NCBI RefSeq assembly: GCF_009914755.1
Contig: NC_060934.1
Length of the DNA stretch: 64,000 nt
Reading direction: 5' to 3' (one strand)
Source: the human T2T-CHM13v2.0 reference genome, Homo sapiens
The notes under the pieces are model-generated. The model was not told where the DNA came from, ran no database searches, and saw only the letters and a program-made list of their open reading frames with translations. Position 1 is the stretch's first letter. Each line of letters starts with the position of its first letter. The translations under genes and the position numbers were made by a program. Below, piece by piece: positions 32,215 to 46,372 of this stretch.

Positions 32215-32371
32215 TGAATTTTTTTTTAAGTCACTGTGAGAGACTAGGGTTAGGTCCGCAAGGCCCTATTCCAGTAAGTACACCTGCCCTTTGGATGAAA
32301 TTTTTTTTAAGTCACTGTGAGATACCAGGGTTAGGTCTGAGAGGCCCTATTCCAGTATGTACACCTGCCCT
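32215..32371. repeat. Tandem duplication, 2 x ~81 bp
   Basis: tgaa(t)n-aagtcactgtgaga...ggccctattccagta.gtacacctgccct occurs twice head to tail. Confidence 0.93.
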
Positions 32372-32611
32372 CTTGTGGTATGCATCTGTATGATCACATA
32401 CTATGCATTTTTAAGACCAGAAGACATACAATATTCCAAGTGGCTGTCTATAAGCCAAGCCATAGGGCCTAGTCCTCAAATAGTTCTGATTCTTTACAAC
32501 AAGTGTTTTCTAGACGCCTCCTCTGCTAGGCATTAAAAATCTCAATGTGCTCATATTTAATGACAGCTATAATGGAATGAAATTATTTTATTGGCATTTT
32601 ATTATTTATTT

Positions 32612-33085
32612 TGTTTCAGCTACTAGGGGTGCATAACAAGTTACCCCAGAACTTCATGGTGTAAAATGTCCATTCTCCGAGTCAGGAATTCAGACAGGGG
32701 ATGGATTATCTGGGGTCTCAGGAAGGAGGCTCAAAGTCTGGGGGCTGGATACACTTGAAGGCTTGTTTACTCCAGTGGTGGATGAGACTGACTATAGGTG
32801 GGAGCCTCGGTTTTTCTCAGTGCGTGTGGGCTGTTCATGTGGGCTAGTCTGGGCTTCTTTAGAGCACAGTGGCTGTGTTGCAAGGATGAATGTTCTGAGA
32901 GAGAGAATACTAGGCAAAAGCTCTATTCGTTTTTATGATGCAGCCTCAGGAATTAGACATGGTCACCTCTGCCATATTCTACTGGACACAAAGGGCCAGT
33001 TCTTATTTAGTATGGGAGGGGACTGCCTAAGGACATGAATACGGGGAAATGCGAGTTATTCGGGCATCTGGAAGGCTGACTGCCA
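32612..33085 (-). mobile_element. MLT1 (F/G/H-like) MaLR LTR
   Basis: gcataacaagttaccccagaactt...gtcaggaattcagacagg...ctgccatattctactgg...gggaggggact. Confidence 0.65.
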
Positions 33086-33899
33086 TGCATGTCGATGGGA
33101 AACTAGTGTCTGTTAGGGGGATGGCACCCGGTCCTAATGCACTCTCCATCCAACTGCGAGCCAGTGTGGAGGGTTGACGTCCCCTCCCCTTCCCACTTCC
33201 ACTGGAATGTCTCCAGGAAGATGATCAAGGGGAGAAGTCCTGAGAGAGGAAATTACCCAAGGGAAGAGACCCAGTCTTCCAGGATGTAGCTCTGGAGTTA
33301 AAAAGGGAGGCCAGAGGCGGGGCTGTAGCACAGATGGGCAGGAGGGGGTCAGGCTCCAGGGAAGGGTGGGAATGGGACTTCTCCCTATGCTCCTGTCTCA
33401 GGTTCTCTTCCCCATCCCCACTTCTGCCTGCTTTTTAAGAAAGTCCCATCAAGGACTTCTGGGAGAAATACGAATGACTAATAAACATTTTTGAAAAATC
33501 TTCAATCTCACCAGTAACCCTGGAAACAGACACTGAAGCAGCAAATCAGGCATGCTGAAAGGATTTTATTAGGCAGGAAAGGTATGGTCAGAGTGCTTTC
33601 TCCAATGACTACAACTGCATTTGATCAGAACATTGACTGCTGCCTATAATTATCTGAGTACATCTCAAGTCTTAATTCAGATTTTTTTAAATGAGTATTT
33701 TGACTCCTAAAAAATAGCGGGTATTTAGGAACACCAGCTGCTGACATTGTGGTCACTAATCATGAGCTATTTCAGAAGCCCTCTGTGTAGCCACACACCT
33801 TCGGGGTGGGCCTCGGCTGTATGACGGAGGAGAGCCCTGTCCTGATCTTGAACATTCTGTGTCATCGCCGGAATGAGAGAAAAGCGCATTTTCTGAATG

Positions 33900-34870
33900 T
33901 GTTCTCTTAGAGGCAGGAATGATCAACTATAGAAGCCAGAGGAGGATGCAACTCATTCTCCTTGGGTTTGGAGGGATTTAATAAAATGGAGTGACCAGGG
34001 GCAGCGTTGGGATGTGTGAGGATCCAGAGAAGATGGATTGCACCTGGGTCTTGAATGACAGGTGAACAGGATTTTTTTCTAGGTCCTCCCTTCTGGTGGG
34101 TAGGGGGAGAAGCATTCTAGGTACAGAGAACAGCATGGCCAAGGCCCAGCGATGTCAACGCGTGCTATATGTGTGGGAAGTGGCAGGTGCCTGGTGCCCT
34201 GGTTGCTGACACAGAAAGTGAGTATTTGGAAGCAAGTGAGGCCACTTGCAGAGGCTGGTACAGAGTGGTCAGGGGCCATGCAGGGAGGACGAACTTGGTC
34301 CACTGGTGGGGAGCCTGGCATGGTCTTTTAAGCAGGAACACCAAGCAATCAGGTGTGTATTTTAGGAGAAGCCCTCCGTGTGGTGGCGTGTGGAGGAGCA
34401 AGAGGATAGGACAGAAGATGGCAGCAGAAAGCTGGAAGTGAGGGGGATCTGGGGCAGTGTGTGTGGGAGTGGGAAGAAGGAAATGACGAAAGAGACTGTC
34501 CTCAGGCTGAATGGCAGGGTGTGGGCAAGGGGCATCTATGAGGACTCCCAGGCTTGGGGCTTTGGTGACTACATAGATGGCAGTGTCTTCAAGCAGACAG
34601 AATGTGGACTCTGACGAGGAGAAGAGTGGTCTGGGGGAGAGGTGGCACTCACATTTGGACTGGCTGAGTTGATGTGCTCGTGAGACGTCCAGGGAGCAAG
34701 TCCAGCAGAAACCAACCCTGGTTCTGCCTTGGGATATTTATCTGGTGAAATCCTCTTGGCTTGTCTGTGTGTCTTCTACCCACTAAGATGCACAGTCCTA
34801 AGGGAAGAGACTCTCCTTCTTTGTCCCGCATCTCCTGTGCCTAGTACAGGGCCTGGCACCTTGGAAGGTT
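33900..34870. mobile_element. L2 relics
   Basis: ggtcttgaatgac...gcattctaggtacagagaacagcatggccaaggccc (reverse L2); cctagtacagggcctggcac (forward L2 3' end). Confidence 0.55.
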
Positions 34871-35260
34871 CAGTAGACTTAGCTGGATAAACGGCTCTCT
34901 ACATAAGGGACTGGCCCACAAAATGCGTTCAGGAAGAGAAGCTAAGGGAGGGAAGAGGGCCCAGAGTGTAACTCTGAGGACCACCTTTTGAGGAATGCCT
35001 AGAAGAGAAGCTGGTAAAAGTGATGGGAAATAAGAGAAAGGAAAGAGCGGGAGAACAAGCCCAGCTGGTGTATCTGTCACCAGCTGCACGAGCTGCTCAG
35101 CTACAGTCCCTGTTCCACCTGGCAGTATGGGCTGGGGTGGGCCAAAACTAGTTCCGTCCGCTTTTCTGCAGGATCCCCTCCCAATGGACAGCCAGGTGAA
35201 TAAGCCAGCTCATGTCTCTTGAGCCATTTTCTTACCAAAGATCAGAATTACATGCACACT

Positions 35261-35550
35261 GGCCAGGTGTGGTTCCCCTGTAATCCCAGCATTTTGGGAG
35301 GCCAAGGCAGGTGGATCATTTGAGGTCAGGAATTCAAGACCAGCCTGGCCAATATATGAAACCCCGTCTCTACTGAAAATACAAAAATTAGCTGGGCCGT
35401 AGTGTCATACGCCTGTAATCCCAGCTACTCCGGAGTCTGAGGCAGGAGAATTGCTTTAGCTTGGAAGGTAGAGGTTGCGGTCAGCCGAGATTGTGCCACT
35501 GCACTCCAATCTGGGTGACAGAATGAGACCCTGTCTCAAAAAAAAAAAAA
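35261..35550 (+). mobile_element. AluS
   Basis: Dimeric Alu; TSD aattacatgcacact (35246-35260) / aattatatgcatact (35549-35563). Confidence 0.93.
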
Positions 35551-37699
35551 TTATATGCATACTTCACTTCATTGCCTCATCTTTCCACTTTGTCTCTCCA
35601 GAGGGAAAATTCCCTAAAGACGGTTAATTACCTGAAAGAATTCAATAGGTGGAAAGACCTGATGAGAGATGATTTTTTGTTAATGGTGGCAACTTTGGAA
35701 ATCCGTAGGGATCAACATCTCTCTAGATGAAAGCTAAGAAACCCAGTCTGCTGATATTTGGTTGAATTTCTTGGGCTACAGCTGATTTGCTTGACATTGG
35801 ACACCTCCTGTAATGCTCTCAGTTCTGGGTAATGGCATCTGCTAAATAATTAGCTAATTGTTTTACCAATCGATTTTTTAAAAACATTCCATTGTAAAAC
35901 CTATATAGCAGGAGAAAATGTAGAAAACAGAGGGAAAACGATTTCCCCAAATCCTGCCCCAACACAAAGGTTCTGATAGCGATTGTGCACTTCCAGTCCC
36001 TCCCCATAAGCAGACGGCTTTTTAGTTGCAAACACCATGTACCTCGTATCCTGCTTTTTTCCCACTGAACATTATCTGATTCTTTTTTATGAGCAATGAA
36101 ATTTGATACGAGGTGCTGCTCACATGATGTTTGGAAAAGACCGTTGTTGGAAGGATTGGTGAGTACTTTCTAAGCCCCATCGACATCAGGGAATCAGGAA
36201 ATTAAACTTTTTATTTATTGGTCTTTGACTTTCCCATAAATGGACACGGTTCTACGTTGTTTGACTGCATTGTAAAAGCAGACGCCTGGCGAACAAAGGC
36301 ATGCCGATGAGTAATTAGGCATTAAGCGGGAGGCAGGGAGCACTTTATGGGGCCCTTTAGTACCCACCCCTCTGCCTCTAGGGTTCAAGTCTACCCCTCA
36401 GCATTGGATACCTTTACTTTCTTGGATTAAAACAAAAAAAAACTTACTTTTTTTGGAGCAGGGAGGTTGTTTCTGGCTTTGTTTTGTTTTTGCCCAGATG
36501 TTTAAAAACAATGAGCTGACCTTTGTATATTCATTTAAGGGAGGGGATAAAGGATGTTTGTTACATACATGATTTTTTAAAAATCCTGTTGTCTGAATCT
36601 TATTAATCTTGCATAGTGCTTGAGTGATTGGGGACTTAAAATATAGAGAGTGTGATTCCTTCAGCAGAGCCAGCAGAAGCCAGGTCCCAACTTTGCAACA
36701 TCTCTCTTTGATGCCAAGCAGAGGAGGTGACCTGACCTCATTTACCTCCACACATTTGATGTCATTCCGGAGAGGGTAGGTTGTTATGACAAGTTCTTCT
36801 GTGAGCCCACTGGGGTTTTTAGTCTTGATCCGAGTACTGATGGGGGAGCAGTTTTTGCTTTGGGCACTTTTCCTTGTGAAATGCATCTCTTCATCTGCTT
36901 AGTCCAGAGCAAACTTCTTATCTTCTCTCCCTGTGATCACAGCTATTAAATAAATAACAAAAGGGAATCTATCTTCTCAGAAGAAAAACTGAAGCATTCT
37001 TTTCTGCCTTGGTAAAAGGTTATCTTTTCTGCAGACACATCTTTGGTTGCGTGCTGCAACTTTGTAGAAGAAAATGATAGTTGCTGCCTGCTAGAATGGA
37101 TAGCGCCCATTTTGTTAAAAATCAGAAGGTTAAAAAATGCCCAGATCTGCAAACAATGGTTTAGCGGTTGGCTGTGCTGAAAACATCCACCAGTTCATTA
37201 ATGCAATACGTCATCATTGAGGGTAGATAGAGTGAAGTACTGTGACTAGCTAAAGGTGAAACGATGGATAGTGAGCCCCTGTCCCCAAGGCATGTAGCTT
37301 GGGAGGAAGATGAAGCTGTACAAAGATGCCTAACATACAAGTGGGCTGTGCTCAGGGCTGTGAGGGAGCTCAGAGAAGGAGGTAACATTTCCTCAGCTGG
37401 GGCCAGGATGGAATGATGAGGTCTTCCCTTAAGCAAGGCAGGGAAAGGGATTAAGGCCACACCAGACGCATTGCCAACCTAAAATTCCTTGGTTTTCTGG
37501 GAACTAGCAGAATCTACCAATAGTGCATGAGAAGTGTAACTAGGGGCTTGATTTTGTGAAGATTTAACAGCAAAGAGTCTTGCCAAGAAGCAGGCTCCAC
37601 CACATTGCTCCATGCATTTAGGAGAAGGGATCCAGAAAGGGATCCTGCATGCCTCACCCATTAGCCATTGGAATCTTCTAGGTAGCCAGACTCTTACCC

Positions 37700-37880
37700 T
37701 GCATCTAGCACTTTGAAAAACGTTGTGCATTCATTTTCTCATGCAATCCTTAATTATACAAGGAAGGTCCTATCATTAGCCCCAATATAAGGATATGAAA
37801 ACTAAGACTTAGAAGTAACTTGCCCAAGGTCACAAAGACAGCAAGTAACTGAGTTGGGCACCAAAGCTCTGCTTTCAACC
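37700..37880 (-). mobile_element. MIR relic
   Basis: gaaaactaagacttagaagtaacttgcccaaggtcacaaag. Confidence 0.65.
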
Positions 37881-38292
37881 AGTAGACCAAGACCAGCCTT
37901 GACAACTGTCCATGGCAAAGGCATTTCAGAATGCTCTTTGCTAGCTCCCCTGCAACAGTGCTCTGCATACAAGGCAGGGCATCTCGTGCTGGGGTGCGAA
38001 GGTACAGCGGATGGGGGAAGTTCACCGTCTTTCTCTTGTCCCCCAGCACTGCCATCCTCCTGGCCTGAGAACCCAGCAACATCGCAGTGTCCACTCATGT
38101 CCTTGGGGCTCTGCCTGCTTTCTCACAGTTTCTCCTGTTCTCCACTCACTCCAGCCAGTGCCCAGTTAATGGTATAAATGAGCTTCTGGGATGGTGGGTT
38201 CCACCTCCAGCCCAGACTGGAACCCAGCCATCCACGGCTCTTTCAACTTCTCTGCTTGGTGATTGGGCAGCCTGAATTTCTAGGACACTTCA

Positions 38293-38927
<635 letters not shown>

Positions 38928-39174
38928 TTGCTGAACTATTTTATATGGTTGACTCATTACATGAATAACCAAATGAGATTCAATTTTGATACCTTCATAA
39001 AAGTTCCAAATGAGTTCACAAATACGAACTTTCTAAACCCGTGTTCCAGTTCTGTAAATCTGCCCACACACTGTGACCCACCATCGTATCAGTGGCCGGT
39101 CCCCGAACCCACTCAGGCCAGTTCTCACTTTCTCCAGTCACGTCTCTCTCACTCTCAGTTCCCTGCCGCTGTAC

Positions 39175-40010
39175 TTGTGTGTGGGTGAGCTAAGAACACT
39201 CAGCGTGAGATGCGTCCTTTTCGATGTTAAGTGTATAATACGTTACTGTTGACTGGAGGTGCAATGTGGTAGAGTAGATTTCTAAAGCTTATTCATTATA
39301 CTTAAATGAACCCTTATACCCATTGATTAATAACTCCCAATTTTCCCCTCCCCCAGGCCCCAGGTCACCTCCATTCCAGTCTTTGATTTTATGAATTTGA
39401 CTATTTTAAACATCTCAGATAAGTAGAATTATAGGCCTGGTGCGGTGGCTTATGCTGGTAATCCCAGCATTTTGGGAGGCAGAGGCAAGCAAATCACTTG
39501 AGCCCAGGAATTTGAGACCAGCCTAGGCAACATGGCAAGACCCCATCTCTACAAAAAAATTAAAAAATAAAAATTAGTCTGGCGTGGTGGTAGACACCTG
39601 TGGTCTCAACTACGTGGGTGGCTGAGGTGGGAGGATCACCTGAGCCTGAGAAGTCGAGGCTGCAACGAGCCATGATATTGCCACTGCACTCCAGCCTGAG
39701 TGACAGGGTGAGACCCTGTCTCAAAAAAAAAAAAAAAGTATAATTATGCAGTGTGTCTTCTTATGTGTCTGACATTTCACTTAACATAAGATCTTCAAAG
39801 TCTGTTCATATCACAGATTGCAGAGTTTCCTTCCTTTTTAAGACTAGATGAGATCCCATTGTATGTATGTACCACATTTTCTTTATCCATTCACCTGTTG
39901 ACCGGATGTCCAGGTCAGTTTCACATCTTAGCGATTGTGAACAGTGCTGCAGTGAACAGAGGAGTGCACACATCTCTTTGAGATCCTGATTTCACGTCTT
40001 TTAGATATAC
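39175..40010 (-). mobile_element. L1MA-type 3' end, split by an AluJ
   Basis: cccattgtatgtatgtaccacattttctttatccattcacctgttg...gtgaacagtgctgcagtgaaca. Confidence 0.75.
39434..39737 (+). mobile_element. AluJ
   Basis: Dimeric Alu; TSD aagtagaattata / aagtataattatg. Confidence 0.92.
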
Positions 40011-40799
40011 ATTTCCTCCAGTCCTACCAGCAGTTGTCAGCCCTGGCTGACCCTAGAATCACTTAGGGAGCTCTTCAAAAATGCTGAGGCTGGCCCCACC
40101 CCCAGGTACCTGACTCAGCCGGTCCAGTGGGACCCCTGTGGTGAGCTCCCCAGGAGATTTGCCAGGCAGCGGCCTCAAGAACCTTGCCCCCATCCATCTC
40201 ATGGCACAGTCTCCTTGCTTTTCCCCATAAGAACGATTTCCACTTCGCATTCTTCATTTTCTCCTGCCCCCACTCCTGAGCTGCTGAGTTCTGTTGGAAA
40301 AATCCCACAGTGGGACATAAACCCTCTGCAAGTCCAGACCACCCCCCTGCTGCCGGGCCCCCTCCAACTTCCCCTTGGTGATGGCGTTCCCTTGAAATGA
40401 TCATGCCACAGGCTGCTCATCTTCCTATGGGTTTCATCTCAGGTGCCTCATTCTCAGCTGAAGACCTCTCTCCACCTCCCTCACTCACTCCAGAGAAATT
40501 CCCCAACTGCCTCCTTCCCCACTCTCAAGTTTCTTTCATCTCTTCCCATCCACTTAAGCCATGTGACAACCCCCTCCCCCAGCCCCCATCCCCCACTGCC
40601 AGAAGTGGGTCTCCCTTCCAGGTGCAGGCCCCTCCCCGTGCTGCCCCTGCTCCCCTTCTCTCCTTCCCCATCCTCAGGCAGCCTCAGCCTGGGCATTTCC
40701 ATTCCTTCTTTCCCTCGGTCTATAAGCACCACTAAGTCCTATGTTTAAAAAAGAAAAAAAATCCTAAAAAAGAAAGAGAGAGAGAGAGAAGAGAGAAGA

Positions 40800-41000
40800 A
40801 TTCAGAAGACAGAAGCAGAGAGATGGCAGTGAGAGAAGGTCTCAGCTCAACGCTGAAGCTGGAGAGGGAAAAGAAATGGATTCCCCCTGGACCCCCAGAA
40901 GGAAAACCAGCCCTACACCTTGATTTTTGTCCAGTGAGACCCACTGTGGACTTCTGACCCCCAGAATTATCAGATAATAAGTTTATGTTGTTGTAAACAA
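40800..41000 (+). mobile_element. MLT1 LTR 3' fragment
   Basis: ggattccccctggacccccagaagg...caccttgattttt...cagtgagaccc...ggacttctgacccccagaa. Confidence 0.65.
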
Positions 41001-44000
41001 ACAAACAAAAAAAAATTTGCTGACTCGATTTCTCCATCAAGCTATCGCTACATCTTCTCCCTACGTGTCTAGTCCTGAGCTAAGCCACCGTGCCCAGCTG
41101 TCACCTGGAGATTTCCCTCTGCCTCCCCTAGCACCTTGAACTGAGCTGGTCTGCAGCCACACTCACCTGCCACCCCAACCTGCTCCCTGTCCTGGGCCCG
41201 TGTGCAGGTCACTGCACTCCAGCAGGGGCTGCATGAAGCCTAACGTCACACATCAGCATCACTGAGACTTCATGTTCCCAAATCTAAGGTGGAAATGCAT
41301 CATGCTCCTTCCGTCTGCTGAATAAACCCATCATCCCTTTCTATTACACTATTAATTCTTTGTTTTACCTATCATTAGGCTTTCAGTAAATAAATAAATG
41401 AAGCCAAAATAATTACCTTTATCCATAAGTAATCAGAATGTGTTTAGTGCTTTAGTAAATAGTTTGTTTTCTAATTTTCCTTTAATTAGCAGTGAAAGAA
41501 TTCAAATGAATTCCTTATCTGGCAGATAAAAAATTAGATTCAGCTTTTGCTCTTACACATATATCCAAATTTTAATGTACACAAGAAACACAATTCATAA
41601 TTGTTCTGTGAGATAATATGTATCCAATACTAAACACATTTCTATATTTATCTTCTCACTCTCATCACAGCTTAATAAAATTATAATGATGACCTTTCAA
41701 AGTACCATTGCCTGATCCACATTGACACAGCATCCCTAGCTCCAAATCTCAGCTATTGCAAGGGGCCTGCTGCATCTCACTGCCTGACAGTCTATGCTGG
41801 ATGCACTACAGGCAGCATTGGGGTCTGTTACCACTCATGCTTGTACCCCAGAAGCCAGCATAGTACTTAACACAGAGTTAGGGCTGTGATAAAAAAAAAT
41901 TGTCACCGAATGATGAGTAAATACATAAGGTCTTTGGGCATGTCTTACATTGTGTTCATACCAATACACATGATACTGTGGCTACATCACCTGTCCCAAA
42001 GGGAATGGGGCAATGTGGGGGGGTGGGGGAAGCTGAGGGTGGGAGGGGCTGTGGCCATATTAAGGAATGAGCTGTAAAACAACCCAGATTCAGTTGGCAA
42101 ACATGATTGCTTTAACCCAGACTATCCTCGTTGATTGAAGTTATCCAACAGAGTCAAATCCTTTCTCTAAACATCTAGAATGTCATAAATATGAGGCATT
42201 GCTTTCAATACAAAATATTCTTTGGAGGAACAATAAGATTTCTCCTGTGAGATTATGTTGAGACTTCTCAATCCTCTTTGGGAACTATAACGGCAGATGT
42301 TAGAGAGGGATTGGATATGCCACTCATGGCCGATACCAGTCATGGCATCTTAGACAAAGGCTATAAACAGCAGAAGAATGTTTAAAATGGCTTCAGTGAT
42401 TCTCCTTCAGGCCAAAGGAATTACAACCATGTGTTCTCAGCAGAGAAGGCGTAGTATTCCGCTGTGGTCACTTATTATCCCGTCAGTAGCTATATGGAAC
42501 GTGGATAATGAGCAAAGTTGTTTTTTCCGTTCAGAACTGGGATTGTCCCCTGCAGATGTTACAGCCAGATCAGTGCCCAAGTGGAGTAGAAATCATTGTT
42601 CTTGGACTGAACATTCTGATGCTAGCTCCTATTTGGCAGGAGGAGAGGAAGAAGGGAAGAAAATAGGATTTGTGTTCTTGTGCCTGTATTACCCAATTTG
42701 GGAACTTACAGATCTGTTTAATTTCTATTGGGAGAGAGAATAAAGCATTTGAGGTTATTTTGGTTACTCTCTGCGGAAATCACACGCTACACCTAACAGA
42801 TTCAACAATTTCATAGAGCCGTAGTCAAGCGCGTGAGTTACAATTTTATTCATTCCATTTATTCAGTGAGTCAGGCTCTGACAGGGGGTTGATTTGTTGT
42901 TTAATATTTGGGGGGATTATTTTGGTATAGCCATAACATGTTTACTTAAATACCGCGTGTTAAATGAGATGTTTTGGTTTGTTTTGATGGGTACTTATAA
43001 AGGCAATACACAGCATTTCACACTTAGCATTTTCCCATCCTCAACATGGCACCAGGATTAGCGCAATTGACTGCCCTGTGTGTTTGGGAAGTGTCAGGTT
43101 TGTTTCACCCAGGGAAAGGCAGGACTAGAAGACAGGGTTACTCTCAAGGCAGAGCTGGGCTGAAGGGGATCTTCCCAAAACACTGGGTCCCAGTGCCATG
43201 CTAGGACCAAAGACTGTGGGTGGCAGCAAAGAGCCCGAAGGAGAAAATTGATTCTTCTTGCTTGTTTTGTGGGTCTTAGGGTGTTACCATAACAGCATGG
43301 ATTCTTCCCTGTACTCAACAGAACATATGGGAAGCCTATAGTTAGCTCATCATTTCAACCCTTCCTCCCCCACACCCATCTCTCCCCCCTCCCCCGGGAA
43401 TCTTCAATATGGGACCAATTTTTCTGTAGGTGAAAAAAAAAATTTAATTGGGATGAAATGTCCTCTTCTCCCGAACTGTAGACCAGCTGTGATATGTCCT
43501 GAACTTTGATTGGAGCTGCAATTGACCACTAAACTGCAATGTAGAAATTGTTCCTAGAAAGGCTGTAGAATTAGCCATGGCAGGAGAAGTGCCCTCACAA
43601 CATCTGATTCCCGTGCCTGGCCACCCAAACAGAAATGGCTTTGGCCAAAGGCAGCCACAAGATACTCTAACAAAAAGAAGGCACAAGGCAACTTTTAAGT
43701 CATGGTCCTAAATGCTAAAGCAGACCAAAAGAGAATGTACGTCTCTAAAAAGAGGCAGGCATTTAAAAGTTGGTTTCATATAGGAAATCATCACTTTGCC
43801 CTTCTAACCATCATGTCTGAGGGCCTTTACATCTGATTTTTGCAAATATAAACTAAATACTCAGTAGTTATGCAGATGCCTGCTACATGCACAAAAAGTG
43901 ACTGAAGATTCCTAGTATGGGTCTAGAATGGGTACTAGACAGCCTCGCTATGAAACGTTATTGCCCTCGGGTGTTATTTTAGTGTCTAAGTCATCTCTCA

Positions 44001-45258
44001 GATGGCACAAGTCCAACTCTAATGCATTAAAACAGAAGAAATCTATAAACACCTTCATGTATTTGATGAGTAAGTTGGGGTTTCTTTAACTGGCTGTTTA
44101 TTCCTCTGTTCAGAACAATACATTAAAACAAGAACCAACAACAGCAAGTCACTGACATTGTGCCAAGTTATTAAAGACTTTTGTTTTTGTAAAGTGGGTT
44201 GTTGTATTGGGGACATCTATGCTAGAGTCCCCAGGACCTACCCCTCCATTCCTGTGCAGTATCCTTTTGTTTTTGACTCACTGGATTGAGAATTGTGAGG
44301 TGGTTGGACAGTGTTATCTCTTTTGTAGAAAACTATTAAGAAAGACTGGTTTTAAGGGGAGGTTATCTAATTTGCGTTTCCATGGGTGGTAAATATACCC
44401 TTCCCACTCATTTATCTCTGTGTCCCTCCACATAATTGCAGATTTGGTTCTGTATGTCTTTTGGGTAATTTTTTGAATTTCACTTCCCATAAGTGGAATT
44501 ATGTGTCACTCCTGTTAGAGACTGTTGGTGTTTGGGCAGAGAAAGGAGAGAAGAGGCAGAAGGCTCCACAAGTGAGGATTTTGTGAGGACTCCCTGGGAG
44601 AAGAAAAGAAAATGCACCTGGTGGAGAACAAAGCTCCTACATGTCGAAGGCAAAGACAGGGCCTTGCAGAGAACTTAGCACAGGCAGAGATAAAGCCATG
44701 TAACCCGTGTGTCAGATATGAGCTTGAGAGTTATGCCCATTGCAAGCCTCTGATGTCACAAACCTGCCTGTTAAATGGCATTCTGTTAAAACCAACCACA
44801 ACAAAAACAGTATCTCTTTGACACAGAGGACAGGAGAGAAGCTACCAAGTTTCCCTCAGAAAAAGGAATGAAAAATGGAAACTACGATGCTTACTAATTT
44901 AAGATGCGTGAAACATCATTTGATATTCTCTTTATTTGTGTCATTTTTTTAAGATTTCATTTTAGTGAACATAAAATCCCTTAGTTGTATGTATTTCCTA
45001 AAGTGTGGGAGGGAGTTTAGGTGGCTGCCAGGTGTGATATTAAATAATATTGACTTACATCTTAAGAAAGGTTTTTTTGTTTTTTTGTGTTTTCTATTTC
45101 AAACCTTCTGTTTAGGCTGAGCAGAAAACCTTGGGTTTGGTGGTAATATGTCCAACACCTCTCTAATACTTACTAATTCCCTATTTCAACAAACGGAGAC
45201 CAGGCCTCAGACAAGAGGTCTTTAGGAGGCAACAATGTCCAGCTGGAATTTAATCGCA

Positions 45259-45283
45259 TTGGTTGGTTGGTTGGTTGGTTGGT
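45259..45283. repeat. (TTGG)n microsatellite
   Basis: Six TTGG copies. Confidence 0.9.
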
Positions 45284-45761
45284 TTTTCCACTGTATTTAC
45301 TTTTAGATTGCCTTCTATCTATGACAAGTGATCTCAATTTTCTAAGTAATGGAAGCTAGACAGGATCAAATTGGGCACAGGTCAGGTCGGCTACAAATGT
45401 ATTCACTGTTCCAGGGGTGCTGGCATGGAGGCAGTGAATTTGAGAAGGGGCAGGGTCCAGGGCATTTGACGAGGTTATTCATAGAGGTTCTCTGCCAAGG
45501 CTGTCCTCAGCACATTCTCTGTGCAAAGTGATGAACTAGATCCCTGTCAGTGACAAAGCAGATGAATTGAGAGTTATCACTTGGGCCAGGAGGGCAGGGC
45601 AGTGTCCCAGAAAGGTGGCAGTAAACAGGCTGGGAGCCCCTACCCAGAAGAGGAGCTAGTGGACACACCTGGGGCTGCCTCTCACCCGCCCTCATGCAGA
45701 CAGCGTGAGAAGAACGTATATACTGCTCACAGGTAAGCTATCAAGGATCTTCAAAAAGCAA

Positions 45762-46372
45762 CTGTAATCCCAGCACATTGGGAGGCTGAGGTGGGCCGAT
45801 CATTTGAGGTCAGGAGTTTGAGACCAGCCTGGCGAACATGGCGAAACCCTATCTCTACTAAAAATACAAAAATTAGGCCGGGCACGATGGCTCATGCCTG
45901 TAATCCCCGCACTTTGGGAGGCTGAGGAGGGCGGATCACGAGGTCAGGAGATTGAGACCATCTGGTTAACAAAGTGAAACTCTGTCTCTACTAAAAATAC
46001 AAAAAATTAGCCAGGCTTGGTGGCGGGTGCCTGTAATGCCAGCTACTTGGGAGGCTGAGGCAGGAGAATGGCATGAACTCCAGAGGTGGAGCTTGCAGTG
46101 AGCAGAGATCACACCACTAGTGGCACTCCAGCCTGGGCAACAGAGTGAGACTCTGTCTCAAAAAAAAAAAAAATACAAAAATTAGCTGGGCATGGTGGCA
46201 CACACCTGTAATCCCAGATACTCAGGAGGCTGAGGCAAGAGAATTGCCTGAATAGGCAGAGATTGCAATGAGCCCAGATGGTGCCACCGCACTCCAGCCT
46301 TGGTGACAGAGCGAGACTTCACCTAAAACAAAACAAAGCAAAACAAAACAAAAGAACAACAACAAAAAAAAC
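45762..46372 (+). mobile_element. AluS interrupted at its linker by an AluY-like element (45876-46169)
   Basis: Left arm, complete second Alu, then right arm; TSD aaaatacaaaaatta (45861-45875 / 46170-46184). Confidence 0.92.

Noticed and set aside
36398-36886. 162-aa minus-strand ORF on the TEX36 strand
   Set aside because: No recognisable homology or clear exon boundaries; includes low-complexity A-rich sequence
45606-45623. CTCF-like motif ccagaaaggtggcagta
   Set aside because: Spacing of the 5' half does not fit the consensus; not supportable without a PWM scan
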